A stretch of DNA of 64,000 bases from Schizochytrium sp. TIO01 (Eukaryota > Protista > Bigyra: Labyrinthulomycetes). Position numbers and translations under genes: made by a program. This document shows positions 1 through 13,400 of the stretch, piece by piece. The stretch covers positions 5,996,761 to 6,060,760 of the forward strand of contig SMSO01000031.1 in NCBI GenBank assembly GCA_004764695.1, given 5' to 3'. The notes beneath the pieces were generated by a model that did no database searches, was not told the DNA's origin, and saw nothing but the letters and a program-made list of their open reading frames with translations. Positions within the stretch are counted from its first letter, which is position 1, and each line of letters opens with the position of its first letter.

Positions 1-1788
1 TTCTCCTTATCCTCAAATAAATATAAATAGTCCCACACAACGCCACACCTGTACCTATATATTACATTAATGATCATGCTTTTTAGATAGGCAATACAGA
101 GATGCAAACAGTCTGTACAAAGTTTTAGGCCTCGATTCTTCAACTTTTGCAGATTTCGGATTTATAAGTGTTCAGATTTAAAGTGTGTCGTGTTCAATCA
201 TTTTTCCAAACACAATATTCATTGCAAACTCTGTTGAGTTTCTTCAGGAAAAGAATAAAAGAGAAGTTCTACGATTATTCTCTTCCGTTATACATTCTTG
301 TGTTTCCTAAGAGTGGTATTCACAAACAAAGTCGTAAAGATATGTTGACATCCTGTTGCTAAGTTTGCCGACCTCTCAGCTTTATTGATGCTGTGCTGTG
401 AATGCATTACATTGCGAAGTTGGTTGAGCTACAAGAAACATTTGCCTTTATTTCTTTCTGTTTTCCCCTTGAGACAAAGGATTCTTATATACCCCGCTGG
501 TCAAAAGAGTTAAGGCAGGTGTGACAGCATAACTAGGCCGAACTTCAATCCGTGACACCAATATCAGTTTATGTTTTGGGTTTGTACGACGGAGTGACAG
601 GTTTAATTCCCATCAGTATCCAGACAGTGTCTTCAAAGTTGAACCAAATCTTGAACTTGAGTCAACCTTCCTCTTCCTAAGCCCAGGTTTTGTTGGGTAC
701 CTTGAGGATGCCGTTGCGTTTTTGTTTGGGTGCTGTGTGACCATTACTCTTTGAGCCCGCTGATCTTTGGGGCTCTTGGTAAATGCGCTTCCATACGCAT
801 TCCCATTTGCTCTCATGACGCTCCAATTTCCTTCTCAACAGTCAGTCATCAGTCAGTCCTTATTAGTAGGTCTGTCAGTCGATCAGTCGGTCCCGAAGCT
901 AATCGAACTTGAGAACTTTGTAAGCTATTATCGCGTTGACATTCCGAAAGGTCAGATCGATTGCGGGTATCTTTCGCATCTAGATCAGCAGGCATTAATT
1001 TGAACGAGTAGGTATCTATGAACTGCCTTGAAGCTCAAATTTCCTTAGTTCTGTAGGGCTCTGACTGTATAAAACTATTCAGTCTCTGCTTGATTTGACG
1101 TGGCTTCTCTCCCTCATGACACTTCAACGGGAGCTCTTTGGTACGATGGCTTTAGATATACCAGTTTCTTGAACGGTCGAGAGGTTGTTAAATGCATAAT
1201 TCTACACCTCGCTCAGACCATAACAAATCTGGGAAAAATTATTGTTACAACCGGATCGATGAAGAATAACTCCATACAAGAAGGCTGAAGTCTAAGTCGG
1301 AACCTAGGGAGTCAGCCTACTACAAATAGAAGTGCTGCACCTGATTTCTGTGCTGCTTCGACTTTTGGTGCAGCCGTCCGATCCTTTCTGATAAAAGAAA
1401 AACTTCCAAACCCACCTCATTTAGTTAAAATAATTAAATAATAAACAATCATTAATAATAAAATAAACTTCGTATGGCGGATGGACCCATATTTCTGTGG
1501 CTAATTAGAAGAGCCGAGAAGAAACGCCACGTTTTGTAGCAGAAGGAGTAAACAAGCGAGTTGCTGAATTCCCACGACAGTTGCCGAAGACATCAAACTG
1601 TCATTGCTCTTGGGTAGTGCCTAATTAAATACAATCATTTATACACCCTTCTCACAGAGCTATTTCCTATCTTCATTTTCTTTTTTCATTTTGGGTAGTA
1701 CCCTATACAATATAATTATTAATTATAATGTTGCATTAGGCCTATATTTCATTTTTTTTCTCTTAAATTAATTAGTATTTAAGAAAAT

Positions 1789-1793
<5 letters not shown>

Positions 1794-1823
<30 letters not shown>
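1794..1823. repeat. (TA)n microsatellite
   Basis: Direct run of TA dinucleotides. Confidence 0.95.
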
Positions 1824-1826
<3 letters not shown>

Positions 1827-2877
1827 CTAGGGCAGTTTTCAACAAAAATGAAATGAATTGGCGTGCAACCTATCTTTCTATCCTGTCACCATGCATTCTC
1901 ACGAGCAGTACATAACATCTCTCGCCACTGCTCCTGATCAAACTAGTTTTACGTCTCAGACAACCTCAAGAATGGTCATTGGACTCCTCTCCTGCAGTCA
2001 AATTTGTGTTACCCCAAAGCGGAGATTGGTAGTATGGGTGGGAAAGATCTGCAAGGATATTATGTTGAGCATTCCTTTTTTTAAACGTTGATCACCTTCT
2101 CTTTTGTGCATTACAGAATATGAATATTTCCCCAGGATACTACTACCTACCCGTCTAGTGCCTGCTTAGTAGCAGTAGTTTGTGCGAGGGAAACTGACCC
2201 GACAAGGATTCTTTAGGTATTACTTAGAGATATCCATAGCAACTGTGAGGGAGGACTGTCGTTTTGATCAGTCACGAAACCAGATCCCAAATCCACACTT
2301 GGTGCCAAACCAGCAAAGCCTGTCCGTCAAAGCAGCCTCGAGAGCGCCTGGATAGAGACTTAAGCCTAGGCAACCTCACCCGAGGCAATCGCCTTGGACG
2401 ATTTCCACAGGTGTCCAAGTAGGGCCCGTTGTTGGTCATCACAGTAAACACATACAATTCGGGGTTCGCGGAGAAGGGACTTGGAGGTATATTTTTCGCG
2501 GAAGCTTCATTAGATATCGCCGTCATCAGCCGAGACTACTACCGCTGGTATTTGTCACGAAAGCTTATTACCTGACTGACCATTCTAAATAAAATCGAAG
2601 CTGAGCACTCGTACGTTCTTGTGGAAAAGTACGCGTTGTTGGCAGTTTGGCAGAAACGATCGCGCGATCTGATTAGGCCATCAACCTTGGCCTGTAACTA
2701 GTTACATTCTGTCGCGTCAGAAAGCAAATCAAAGTTAACAATTCGCATCGAGCCCAAAGCCGAGGAGGGCTGGTACTACAAATAAACGTGAATCCAAATT
2801 CGAAAGCAATTGCAAAACGAGAAAGCATCCTTGCAGCAATAATGGTTCTCTACCAAGGTCTTGGTTCGAAAGCGAAT

Positions 2878-4764
2878 ATGCTATCCAATATAAGAGGCCT
2901 TAGGCCCACTTTGGCTTTACGACGCTTCAAAGGAACTGTCGCTCAAGCTGCCCAGACTTCGTTCTCGTCCTCATCTAGCTGCCAAACTCAGGGTAGCTTT
3001 CCCAATGACCTTGGTACTACCTACCTCATTGGTGATCAAACTCGCGCTCATGCAAAGGGACAAACGGAACCACCTCTTCTAGAGCGTACAGTTGATCAAC
3101 ATTTCCGGGCAGCGGTTGAATCTCGTGGGGATGCCCAAGCTGCTGTGGTTTGTGATGGAGCAGATCATGTTGACGTTCGCCACTCCTATAACTCTTTGAA
3201 TGCCAAAGTAGACGATCTTGCGCGGGGTCTTTTGCGTCTTGGCGTGAAACGTGGAGACCGCGTGGGTGTGTGGATGCCTAACAACGAGGCGTGGCTTCTT
3301 ACGCAGTTAGCTACTGCACGAATCGGTGCTATTTTGGTTTGTATCAATCCGAATTACAGGCTGCGAGAGCTCGTCCACGCGCTAAACCTCGTTGAGCTTA
3401 GCGTGCTCATTATGAACCCGCATGTTTCTCACTCCAACTACATCGAAATGATCCATGAACTCATTCCAGATCTAGCTCAGCGCTCTCAGTCCAATTGCAG
3501 GGAGCCTATCGCAAGTAAAACTGTGCCCTGTTTAAAGCACATCGTGCTTGCTGAGGCAGATGGGAGCCAGGGCGAGAAGACTTTCATTCAGTTTGAAGAT
3601 CTTTTGGAGAAGGACGGAGCTGCCCCTGCACCAACTGGTCAGGGCTCACTTCAGCCAGACGATCCCATCAACATTCAGTTCACGAGTGGCACAACAGGTG
3701 CACCGAAAGGTGCTCTCCTGTCAAGCCGCAACATTGTTAACAATGGTAATTTTGTTGGGGCCTGCTTGCGCCTGACACCGCAAGATATTATCAATGTGCC
3801 GGTCCCTCTGTACCATTGTTTTGGTATGGTTATGGGTAACCTGGCAAGTATTTCTCACGGATCTTCGGTGGTTTATCCTGCACGTGTGTTCTCCCCTGAA
3901 AAGACCTTGGCAGTTGCAGAATCTGAAAAATGCACTGCGCTCTACGGTGTACCGACTATGTTTGCAGCAATGCTTGCTCGCCAAAGTGTAGCAAAACACG
4001 ATATCTCCAACCTCCGTACAGGAATTATGGCGGGTAGCAACTGTCCTCGCGAGATGATGCGACGCGTGGTAGCTGAGTTGAATCTTACCGATGTTTGCAT
4101 TGGCTACGGCCAAACCGAGTCCTCCCCAGTAAGCTTCATGTCTCGTATTGTTGACGACGAAAAGCATCGCTGTGAGACTGTTGGCCGCGTTACTCCACAT
4201 GTTGAAGCGAAAGTCATCAACGAAGATGGAGAAGTGGTTGAGCTCGGTGTTCCTGGTGAGCTTTATGTTCGTGGATATCACATTTTTAAGGGTTATTACA
4301 ATTCTCCGGAACAAACTCAAGCTGCTTTGACAGACGATGGTTGGCTTCGCACGGGTGACCTCTGCGATCTTGACAAGAATGGTTACCTTCGTGTTGATGG
4401 TCGTTTGAAAGACGTTATTATCCGTGGCGGTGAGAATATTGCCCCTCGAGAGTGTGAAGAGCTCATCCAGGAGATGCCTGGCGTTTCAACCGTAGCTGTT
4501 GTTGGTGTTCCAGATGAGTTGTTCGGGGAGCAGGTTTGTGCTGTGATTATCCCTGACTCAACCGTAGACGCCGCAAAAGATCTATCCGTAGAGTCTGTAC
4601 GATCCTTTGTCAAAGCAAACTTGTCACACCAAAAAGTTCCCAAATACGTACTCTTTCGGGAATCTCTTCAAGAGTTTATGACTGTTACTGGTAAATTGCG
4701 CAAATTCCAGCTTCGCGATTGGGCTGCACAAGAGACCAAGGAGCAAGATAATAAGTCGAAGTAA
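2878..4764 (+). CDS. AMP-dependent acyl-CoA synthetase (ACSF2-like medium-chain acyl-CoA ligase), probably mitochondrial
   Basis: Motifs IQFTSGTTGAPKG (AMP-binding), GYGQTESSP, WLRTGDL, RLKDVIIRGGENIAP and TGKLRK. From ATG 2878 the N-terminus (MLSNIRGLRPTLALRRF) resembles a mitochondrial presequence; ATG 2842 is an alternative start. Confidence 0.93.
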   Translation: MLSNIRGLRPTLALRRFKGTVAQAAQTSFSSSSSCQTQGSFPNDLGTTYLIGDQTRAHAKGQTEPPLLERTVDQHFRAAVESRGDAQAAVVCDGADHVDVRHSYNSLNAKVDDLARGLLRLGVKRGDRVGVWMPNNEAWLLTQLATARIGAILVCINPNYRLRELVHALNLVELSVLIMNPHVSHSNYIEMIHELIPDLAQRSQSNCREPIASKTVPCLKHIVLAEADGSQGEKTFIQFEDLLEKDGAAPAPTGQGSLQPDDPINIQFTSGTTGAPKGALLSSRNIVNNGNFVGACLRLTPQDIINVPVPLYHCFGMVMGNLASISHGSSVVYPARVFSPEKTLAVAESEKCTALYGVPTMFAAMLARQSVAKHDISNLRTGIMAGSNCPREMMRRVVAELNLTDVCIGYGQTESSPVSFMSRIVDDEKHRCETVGRVTPHVEAKVINEDGEVVELGVPGELYVRGYHIFKGYYNSPEQTQAALTDDGWLRTGDLCDLDKNGYLRVDGRLKDVIIRGGENIAPRECEELIQEMPGVSTVAVVGVPDELFGEQVCAVIIPDSTVDAAKDLSVESVRSFVKANLSHQKVPKYVLFRESLQEFMTVTGKLRKFQLRDWAAQETKEQDNKSK

Positions 4765-5985
4765 GATATGTGGTGGAGTAAAATCTTTTGTCATAATGCA
4801 CGTGCTCCATTCAATTTCATTTGCTCCTGCTACACTGACAGCTGATGTACAGAACGATGTTGCGTTTGCTAACAATTCCTTGAATTTAACAAGAAAAGAA
4901 AAATAAACTTTAATTCATCTAAGAGATCCTCGAATGACGAAGACCTGAACACAGACAGCAACAATCTATTTTTGGATGCGCCAACGAATAATAGTTTTAC
5001 ATTTTGAAAAAGAGCTAAGTGCAATCTGTATGTTCGAACCAAATGCATAGTGAGGGTGAAGTTCAACACGAACGAACATATATTAATAGAGAGAAAAGAA
5101 GAGGATACGATTATAGACACAAAGAGCGTTCTGTGCTCAATGGCTCTATGCAGTTAGAGCAAGTGGGTATTGTTAGTTCAAATGTGCCACGAGCAGAAGG
5201 GAAACTTGAGCAAGAACTAAATATTTGTAGAAAGGTAACTTATTGTTCTGCAGTTTTCTTGAACTAAAGATGAGAAATAAAGAAAAGAAAGAGAAAGGGA
5301 AACGTAATGTGCAGCAACATAGTAATTCGGAGAACTTTGTAGAGAGAATAGAAGAAAGAAACGTAAAAGGTTGTAGGCATACAAACAGCTTGTTGAATGA
5401 TACAACGAGAGCATAGCAGAAAGAAGAAAAAGCAGAGTGCAACGACGAACATTATAAATGTGTGCAGCCTGCATAGTACAACGTAGAAAAGTAAATAAAT
5501 GTAGTTGGAATTCACTGCAACGGGCAGCAAATCGAAGAAAAAAGACGACAAGCAGATAGCAATAGCCAATCTCTCCTGCTAATCAAACAACCCTGATTAA
5601 GCTGGCAAATGATACCGCTGCTTTCGTCCATCACTAACACCCAATAAGAACTAATTCGTTTATTAGGTAACGTGCACCTTTTTTATCTTCCTTGACGTCC
5701 GCAACACATAAAACCTTGCAGCAGCAAGAAAAGTCAGATACAGCATGTGGCAGACATCATAGCGAGCTACATGCAACATAACGGCACATAATGTAGATCG
5801 AAAAGACTCTTCAATAACCCTGGCAAGCTTGAAAATGCCCAGGGTAGCCTAAGCAATAGATTTTACCTGAAATAGTAGGTCAGAACCTATCTAGAAGATT
5901 GCTGAGAAGGGTTACGAAGGTCGAGCGCGCCCTTTTAGAGACGGCAACAAAAGAGGAAGAGAGTTATCATGGGACCTCTTTCAGA

Positions 5986-7641
5986 TTAAGAGATTACGCA
6001 GTCTTTGCTGTTTCCGCCGATAAGGGGGACAGATTCGTATCCCATGGCGTCAAGCCGGTTTACAATATCTTCGAATGCGGGGCGATCCTCCGCCTGTTGA
6101 CTCCAAGATTCTGCGAGAAGCGAGCGCAAGCCAGGTTCAAGATTCTTAGGCAGCACTGGACGTACTTCCTCCAAAGCAGCAGCGCTTACAGCAGCAACGG
6201 GGTCGGTGTACTGGATGAAGGGCCGCACAGCAGTCTGCATCCAATACACAATCAAAGAAAAACTATACACGTCGACCTTTTCGTTGTATTGTTCGTGCTT
6301 AAAAACCTCGGGAGCCATGTAGCGAAATGAGCCAGTTTCGCCAGTCATGGAGAACTTGTCACCAAGTTTTTTGTTTTTAGCGGGAATGAACTTAGCCAGA
6401 CCAAAATCTGTGAGTTTGAGGTCGCCGGTAGCGGTCAGTAGAACATTACTTGGTTTCAAGTCACGGTGAACAATGCCACAGCCGTGGAGAAAGGTCATAC
6501 CAAGAGCCAACTCATACGTATATTTCACCTTTTCACGCTTGGGCAGAGCCTTGCCTTCAGAAGCAAAACGCACGATGCGCTCTTCTAGAGTGCCACCAGG
6601 GCAGTATTCCATGACCAGGAGAGGAGTGCGCTGCTTCTCATCAAAAGCGGCACCAAGGAACAGCACAAGGTGGGGGTGACGAAGAGTACTGAGAAGAGAG
6701 ATCTCATTACCAAGATCAATGAGGGCCTGTTGGTTGGAGACCATATTGGCACAGCTCTTAACCACGACGCGGAGACCACGCCACTTGGCAAGAAAGAGCT
6801 CACCTCCAGCACCACGGGCGAACGGTTTGTGGTTGTTCATGATGACCTCGCTCATGGGCAGTAGCCATCGCTCCTTCAGACCACGTTGCTCAAGGTTCTT
6901 CATCTCGTCTGATGTGACGTCCTCGAGGATGGCATCGTAGCTGCCAGTAGTTTCTCCACCGTGAGCTTGAAGGGCCTCAATGACAGCCGTGTTCTTGCTG
7001 ATGTAGGCATCGTCCAACGGGGTATGGCCATAGCGATCACGCTGATTGACCAGAGTGCCATTTTCCAGGAGAAAGTTAACAATTTCGAGGTTGCCTTCGG
7101 AGGCTGCGACATGGAGGGCAGTGCGCTGGTCGTAGTCTCCAGCGGAGATAATTTCGATACCTCCCTTCTGGACAATGCGTTTCACGCTATCAAGGTCTCC
7201 TGTAGCAGCAGCATTGAGAAACTGGCCCAAAGCAGATGCAGGGTCAACGGCACGAGAATCATCCAGGGCACTCGCTGCAGTGGCTAGGTTTGTAACGCGG
7301 CGGCGAATTCCTGCCGTGACGCCCTCCTTCTCAAGAAATTCGATGCAATCCTGGTTTTCCTCCATGACAGCATCGTCCATAGGAGTACCTCCCCAGCGAT
7401 CGCGAGACGCAAGGTTCGCGCCTGAATCCTTGAGAATTTGCAGCATGTTCACAAGACCTGCGCCAGCAGCAATGTGTGCTGCAGTACGCTTGTCATAGTC
7501 GCAGACATTGGGGTCCACGTCGGATTCGAGCAAAGCTTTGACACGCTCCTCGTCACCCTGTGCCACTGCATAGAGCAACGCAGTGCTATCTTCTTCACTT
7601 CTGCTGCGATTGCTGCGCACGGAGAAACCCATCTCCGACAT
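5986..7641 (-). CDS. Ankyrin-repeat tyrosine-kinase-like protein kinase (plant VIK/ILK-like architecture) with C-terminal CaaX
   Basis: Two ankyrin pairs (DYDKRTAAHIAA...DRWGGTPMDDA; DYDQRTALHVAA...DRYGHTPLDDA). Kinase motifs VVVK, HRDLKPSN, DFG, GSFRYMAPE, KVDVYSF. Ends CVIS. Start context GCCACCATG. Confidence 0.95.
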   Translation of the reverse strand: MSEMGFSVRSNRSRSEEDSTALLYAVAQGDEERVKALLESDVDPNVCDYDKRTAAHIAAGAGLVNMLQILKDSGANLASRDRWGGTPMDDAVMEENQDCIEFLEKEGVTAGIRRRVTNLATAASALDDSRAVDPASALGQFLNAAATGDLDSVKRIVQKGGIEIISAGDYDQRTALHVAASEGNLEIVNFLLENGTLVNQRDRYGHTPLDDAYISKNTAVIEALQAHGGETTGSYDAILEDVTSDEMKNLEQRGLKERWLLPMSEVIMNNHKPFARGAGGELFLAKWRGLRVVVKSCANMVSNQQALIDLGNEISLLSTLRHPHLVLFLGAAFDEKQRTPLLVMEYCPGGTLEERIVRFASEGKALPKREKVKYTYELALGMTFLHGCGIVHRDLKPSNVLLTATGDLKLTDFGLAKFIPAKNKKLGDKFSMTGETGSFRYMAPEVFKHEQYNEKVDVYSFSLIVYWMQTAVRPFIQYTDPVAAVSAAALEEVRPVLPKNLEPGLRSLLAESWSQQAEDRPAFEDIVNRLDAMGYESVPLIGGNSKDCVIS

Positions 7642-9365
7642 GGTGGCAACCTACAGGAAGCTCTCCAGAGAAACTTGCAAAGGTAAAGCGGAGAGGGGAA
7701 GAATCAAGGCCAATGGAGAGACAAAAGCAGAGAATGATTTGAAAAACAGCACACAGATTCTTTCCGCTCACCTGCTCAATCGAAAGCTCGCGTACGTACG
7801 GAAGACCGCAAAGGGGAGCGAGGAGGCTCACAGTGCAGAGCGCCACGCAAAGGAGGGGGGGGGGATGGAAGACGGCTCGGCGACGAGCGTAAGAAGGTCT
7901 GTCTGTCACTCGGTCCTGCCAGAAAGGGAATTGAATTGATTGATCACTTCTTCAAGTTGTTCAATCAAATCAATTCAGGGCTGTGGCGCAAGTTTTATTT
8001 TTGTTTCCTGCTTTCTTAGGATAATGATGACGAACTTGGAAACAAAAGAGACGCGGGAGAGCAGGGCAACGAGCGAAAGAAGAATGCAGAAAGACCTCGA
8101 TTGAAGAGAGGAGCTTGCTTTAAATTCACGCTTGGGCTGCTGACGCAAGAGTCGAAGATTCTCTACCTAGCTAGTAGGTATGCCTCGGGTCTCGGAGATG
8201 CTGGCGAAGGCAGCGATAAGGATAAAACAAAATGAAGTGGGAAGGAAAGGAGGAGAAGAATTTCTTACCCCCATGAAACTTTACTTATTCTGTATCAGAG
8301 TACATATGATTATGATGCTTCTTAGCTTTAAAACAAAAAAACAAAACAAAAAAACTATTAAGAATAAAAACTATTAATAATAGTAGTAGGAGAAGTCTAG
8401 AAATTTTAGTTTTAAAAAAATGATTGCAGGGTTAGTGACCAGAACAATACCAGCATGGGTAGAATGTGAAAAGTAATGGAGCTCTTTCTGTTTCTCTTTC
8501 GCACAAGAACTGCCACAACAATTCATAGGTGCCCAGCACATGCATTGCTCACTCACTCACTCAATAGCCGGCCACCTCTATATACTGCCTTCCTCCGACT
8601 GGCCCATGCTCGCCACCAATGTAATGTATAGCCCAAGGTTCTTTCCACTCGAAAAGCATGCTCAGCCGAGGCTGTGTCTTCTTAAAAGTAAGTTCAAAGT
8701 ATTTTACACCATGTCATACCTACCATGATATGTACTCTCTATCTGAACACGAGTCAAGAAACACTCCTCCACTAGGAAGGTGCTACTTCCTCCTCTAAGT
8801 AGTCAGCTCCCTCAGTAAGCAGAGGCAGTAAGTACCCACCCACCTAATGAATCAATCAATCATTGCTATCTTTAGACACAGACACAGGGGCATTATAGCA
8901 GAGATGTAGTAGCTCCATCCTCGACAGAGGAAATGAATGAGCCAGGCAAACCAAAAAACCCTTTGGACTTGGGAAGAAGCTCGTGCCGAAGCAATCGATC
9001 GATCGCTCGTTGCCTCTGCAGCTCCGAAGCGGGTTTGGTGCGCACGAAGCAACTTCTTCAGTACTTTGCCTGTGCAGTTTGGCCTTTGTGCAGCAGCTTT
9101 ATGAGGCGGCAAAGCGCGCCATGGACTGTGAGATTCTTTCTCAGCTTCTCCGCGTTTTCTCTCATTTCATTCCCGGCTTTCTTTGATGCCACGAGAAAAG
9201 ACACAGAGAAAGAAGTGAGAAAGAAAGAAAGAAACAAACAAACCAACCAACACTTAGTGACGACTACGTAGTTAGTAGGCCTGGAGATCCATCGGGCGGA
9301 TCAGGGGAAATGATGAGATGTCTAGAGCGGGGCTAGGCATGGGTAGGTAGCTGCTAGCGGCGCCG

Positions 9366-9402
9366 ACTCACTCACTCACTCACTCACTCACTCACTCACT
9401 CA
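9366..9402. repeat. (ACTC)n microsatellite
   Basis: Direct tetranucleotide run. Confidence 0.9.
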
Positions 9403-9579
9403 TAGGGAGGACAAACAAACAATGAAGTTGAAATTGATGACAGAGATGATATGATGGATATGTTAGTGATGGGATTCTTGCAAGAATGCGACATCCTACT
9501 ACTATCGAGGTATCCTGCCGCAGCCTTTGAAAGGTTTTACTCTATTGTTTGACGAATCGAGTCGAGTCGATCGATTCAC

Positions 9580-9643
9580 CAGTCAGTCAGTCAGTCAGTC
9601 AGTCAGTCAGTCAGTCAGTCAGTCAGTCAGTCAGTCAGTCAGT

Positions 9644-9685
<42 letters not shown>
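9580..9685. repeat. Compound microsatellite (AGTC)n-(AAGC)n
   Basis: Adjacent perfect tetranucleotide arrays; these explain the spurious SQSV/SKQA ORFs. Confidence 0.95.
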
Positions 9686-9686
<1 letters not shown>

Positions 9687-10344
9687 TCAACTGTTTATCG
9701 ATGTGTCTCAGAGACACTGACTGCTGTTACCACCAAGTACGTACTGTGTTTGGAGTCCAGGCTAGCGCAATGGTGGCATGGCGTGGCAGGAGATACACGC
9801 TACTAGCGCTTATTTGAGCACTAGGAGGTCCAGTGAGAACTCGCGGAGAAGGAGGAGAAGGAGGAGGAGGAGTTGATATTAGGAGTAGCAAAGATGCAAG
9901 GAGAGAACAGCACGAGGAGGAGTTTGCGTATTAGGTACCTAGGTAGAGACCTCTAGGGAATCCCCAGTGGCGATGCGTTCACCCACTCAAGTCAAAGTTT
10001 ATTGTCAGCAAGCATTCTCGTTCGCTACCAATTATAGCGAGTTAGGACTTACAAAGTTTTAACTTCTTCTTTCATTGTTTACAACTACAAACAGAGGTGC
10101 GTAGTAAGTAATTAAATTAGTAATTACAATTAATCAATCACAATGATTGCCCTCCTCTGATCATCATGGCCGAGGACCAATTCCACGCGGAATTCTTGGG
10201 GTGTAGGGAATCCAAGAAGGAACATTCTCTACATGGGAGCTGTCGAGTTAGGTTCGCATTCGTCGCAGCTTTCACGCTGCGCCCTGAATATGTCACTGCC
10301 TCATGGCGCAGGTGCCTCGGCGTTGCTGCGAATGAGGAAAAGTG

Positions 10345-10470
10345 AACAAACAAACAATTACAAACAAACAAACAATTACAAACTAATAAACAAACAAACA
10401 AATAATTACAAACAAACAAACAATTACAAACTAATAAACAAACAAACAAACAAACAAACAAATAAATAAA
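10345..10470. repeat. Imperfect AAAC/AAT-based repeat
   Basis: Repeated acaaacaaacaatt units with higher-order periodicity. Confidence 0.9.
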
Positions 10471-13400
10471 CGAAAGGCCGACAAAAGAAGAATTGCACTT
10501 TCATTTAGTTCTCCTCTTTCGAGGCGTGAATTTGGTGTTAAATGTATTGAGGCCCTATTCTATTCTTTTTTAATAACAGTAAATCAATGAATTAGTCCAT
10601 CAAAACTAATCATAATTAAGCAGCTCATCAAATTCCAAAGCACATGTGGAAAGAAATGAACGAAATGGCGAACCACAGAGCAGACAGAGCCTTGGAGGGC
10701 AAGCTAATATTGTGGAATCGCGAAGGACCTGCTAACTAGTCTCCGGCCGCCATCCAACAGCACCCACTCCAAGAAGAACGAAGAACGAGTTGTGCCGCTA
10801 TAATTCGTGGTTGATCTCTTCGAAAATGCCGCATCGCGCCACAACAGAGCTCGTCTACAAAACTGCTGTTTGAGCCCATCCCAAGTGAGAGTCTGGCACT
10901 CAGGCAGTGCCACTCACCACTCACAGAAAGAACCCCCCGCATCGCATCGAGAGAGCCCTCGCTCGCCAGAGACAGACCATACGTAGCGAGCGCTGCTCCA
11001 AACAGCCGAGGCTACGCAAAGTTTTTCGACTAATCGCTGCGCGAATCCCATCTTTTCAAGGACGGCCAAAAGAGCGAAAGAGCGGACGTGGCAGAAGTGG
11101 AAGAAGACGGATGCTTTCTTGCACTAACCATCGTCCGATCAATGCGAGCGCAGTATCACGGGAACGGTTCGACCAAAGCTTGGCTCCAAAGCTGAGTTAA
11201 CAGCAGTCAGTCTATGAGGGGACTTCACAAAGCTAAACTCGTTGGGGATACTAGTTCATCGAATCCTCCGTGAAGCCACGGCAGCAACATCGAAAGCTAA
11301 AGGTGATGATGTTGCCAACCAATTGTGCAGCCAATTGGCAGCACACATCTCCCATTCTAATCTTGATTTGGTTTGGATGGTTTAGAAAAGATTAAACAAA
11401 GTAAGAAAAGGAAGAAAAGTAAAAAGTATATGTACTTTGCATTGTTTGCTCACACAAGTATTGCTGTACAATGATCATGCAAGGACAAGTTCTCACGTCC
11501 TCACAGCCTTATGGTCCTCGATCATTGGGCAGGCACTCTAGCTAGAGAATGCAATCAATGCTGCTGATGATGGCTCTGGCGAACAAGCGTGGACACGCAC
11601 TCAAAACTGAACCTAGACTCAAACTTCTATTTTCTCAAGAGAGCATTTGCTTTCTATCCCTTAAGTTCTTCTATCTCCTTCCCGTACCTTCCTTACCTAG
11701 CTAGAAATTAAATTTAATCATCACTGCATGAGAGGAAAGCCGTCGTGCATAACGAAGAGGCTGCTTTCACATAGCCGGTGCAAAGAACTATCCATACACA
11801 AAGGTTCTTGATATCGGCGCTTTGCCTGTGCGAGTTAGAGTTTTCCCGCTGAGATAGAATTGTTGACGCTCTGGTCGCGTCATAAGTTGAAGAGCCTTTT
11901 ACTTTTTGATTGAGATGATGAATTGCAGGTAAGATCCTGAGAAAATCAAGGCGGGGGAAGCACAATCATAGTTCATGAAACTGCAAGGCCATAAGGCACA
12001 TATTCAGAGCAGCGTGAACAGTATTCGGCTATCCACGTCTTTCCAGCTGATGCGCTGGCGATTCGGGCTGCCTGCGGCCAAGATTGGTGAGTAGCAGAGA
12101 ACAAGCAAGAAATACCGTCAACTGACCTTTTCGTTTTCTTTTCGCACACCCTACGGAGTGGTGTACCTTTATTTTACTCGCTGCGCTTGAATCCATTTTT
12201 AAAGGTTTTAATTAAAATTTTCAATTTCAATCTTGTTTTTTGAGAAAAGAAAAAATAACTACCCAGATTGTAGCACTCTCACTAGCCAGAGGTACGAAGT
12301 TAAAATATTTTAACTTGGGTTTAAAACTCATGTCAAAAGAATCACTCAATACGTGATTATAGTCAGGTGTATTCATTATTTCTTAAAGTTTTGTATATTT
12401 GATTAGAATTTTTATGATGAAATCCTCATCATATGATAGACGAAATCTACAGTGCTTTGGCTGATTGCAGGGGCTTGTCTGTGATTTTTTAAAAAATGTC
12501 ACGAAATGTTGATTGCAGGTTTTTTTTAGTTTTTTTTTTTTTTTTTATACAAGAGTAGATTCCCACGAAAATTAAAGTTTGTGAAACACGAAAGTACTAT
12601 TGGATGTTCAGTGAATTCCCGGAAGCTGCCACACGCTCGATTTTGCTCAAAGACTTACGCCAAGCTAGAGAGCTTCGTAGATAGGCCAGAAACGAAGAAT
12701 CGAAAACGCCGAGGCTGAATTGTGTGATAGTATTGGTATTTTCACTCAATTAATGCATGGTGGTGATAATTTATACTCATGACTGAGTTTCTATGGAATT
12801 TGGATTTGTATACTTACCTCGTGCAATTAGTTCAAAATATCAAGCTTATGATAAGTACACCTCGTTTATGCATATCATTTATGCATATAAGAAAACCTAT
12901 TATCTTGGTCTCAGGGGGGCTCTTATTTTCGTACAAAAACCTACCAGTATGACTTACTGGGTTAGTAATGACAAATGTCTCTATACCAAGGGCAAAATTA
13001 CCAATAGCACAACATAGCACCATAAGTGAAGTACGTACAAGTTGAAGTGTAAGTATTTTTCCTTTGCCTTCGTCATCGTGCTGGGATGTCTTTTCCCCGC
13101 TTTCAACGATTCTGCGAGCAAAGTATAGCACTTCCTGAGCCTCTGACCCCGGATAGCAAAATCTTCAGCCCGACCTAAAACAGAGCTAATTATTCTCAAA
13201 CTTATTATTAGCTTTATGGGAAGGACTAAAACTCAAAGATTTATACTGCCAAAACGCTCCTGCAGTGGAACTAAAACGCAATTAAGAGGAGTTACTAGGG
13301 GCATTCTTTGTCGGGAGAGCTCAGTGCACTCAACATACATTGATTTGACTGTAAACTCAGCATCTAGGCTACAGTGTAGATCCACTGGTTAAAATAGACC

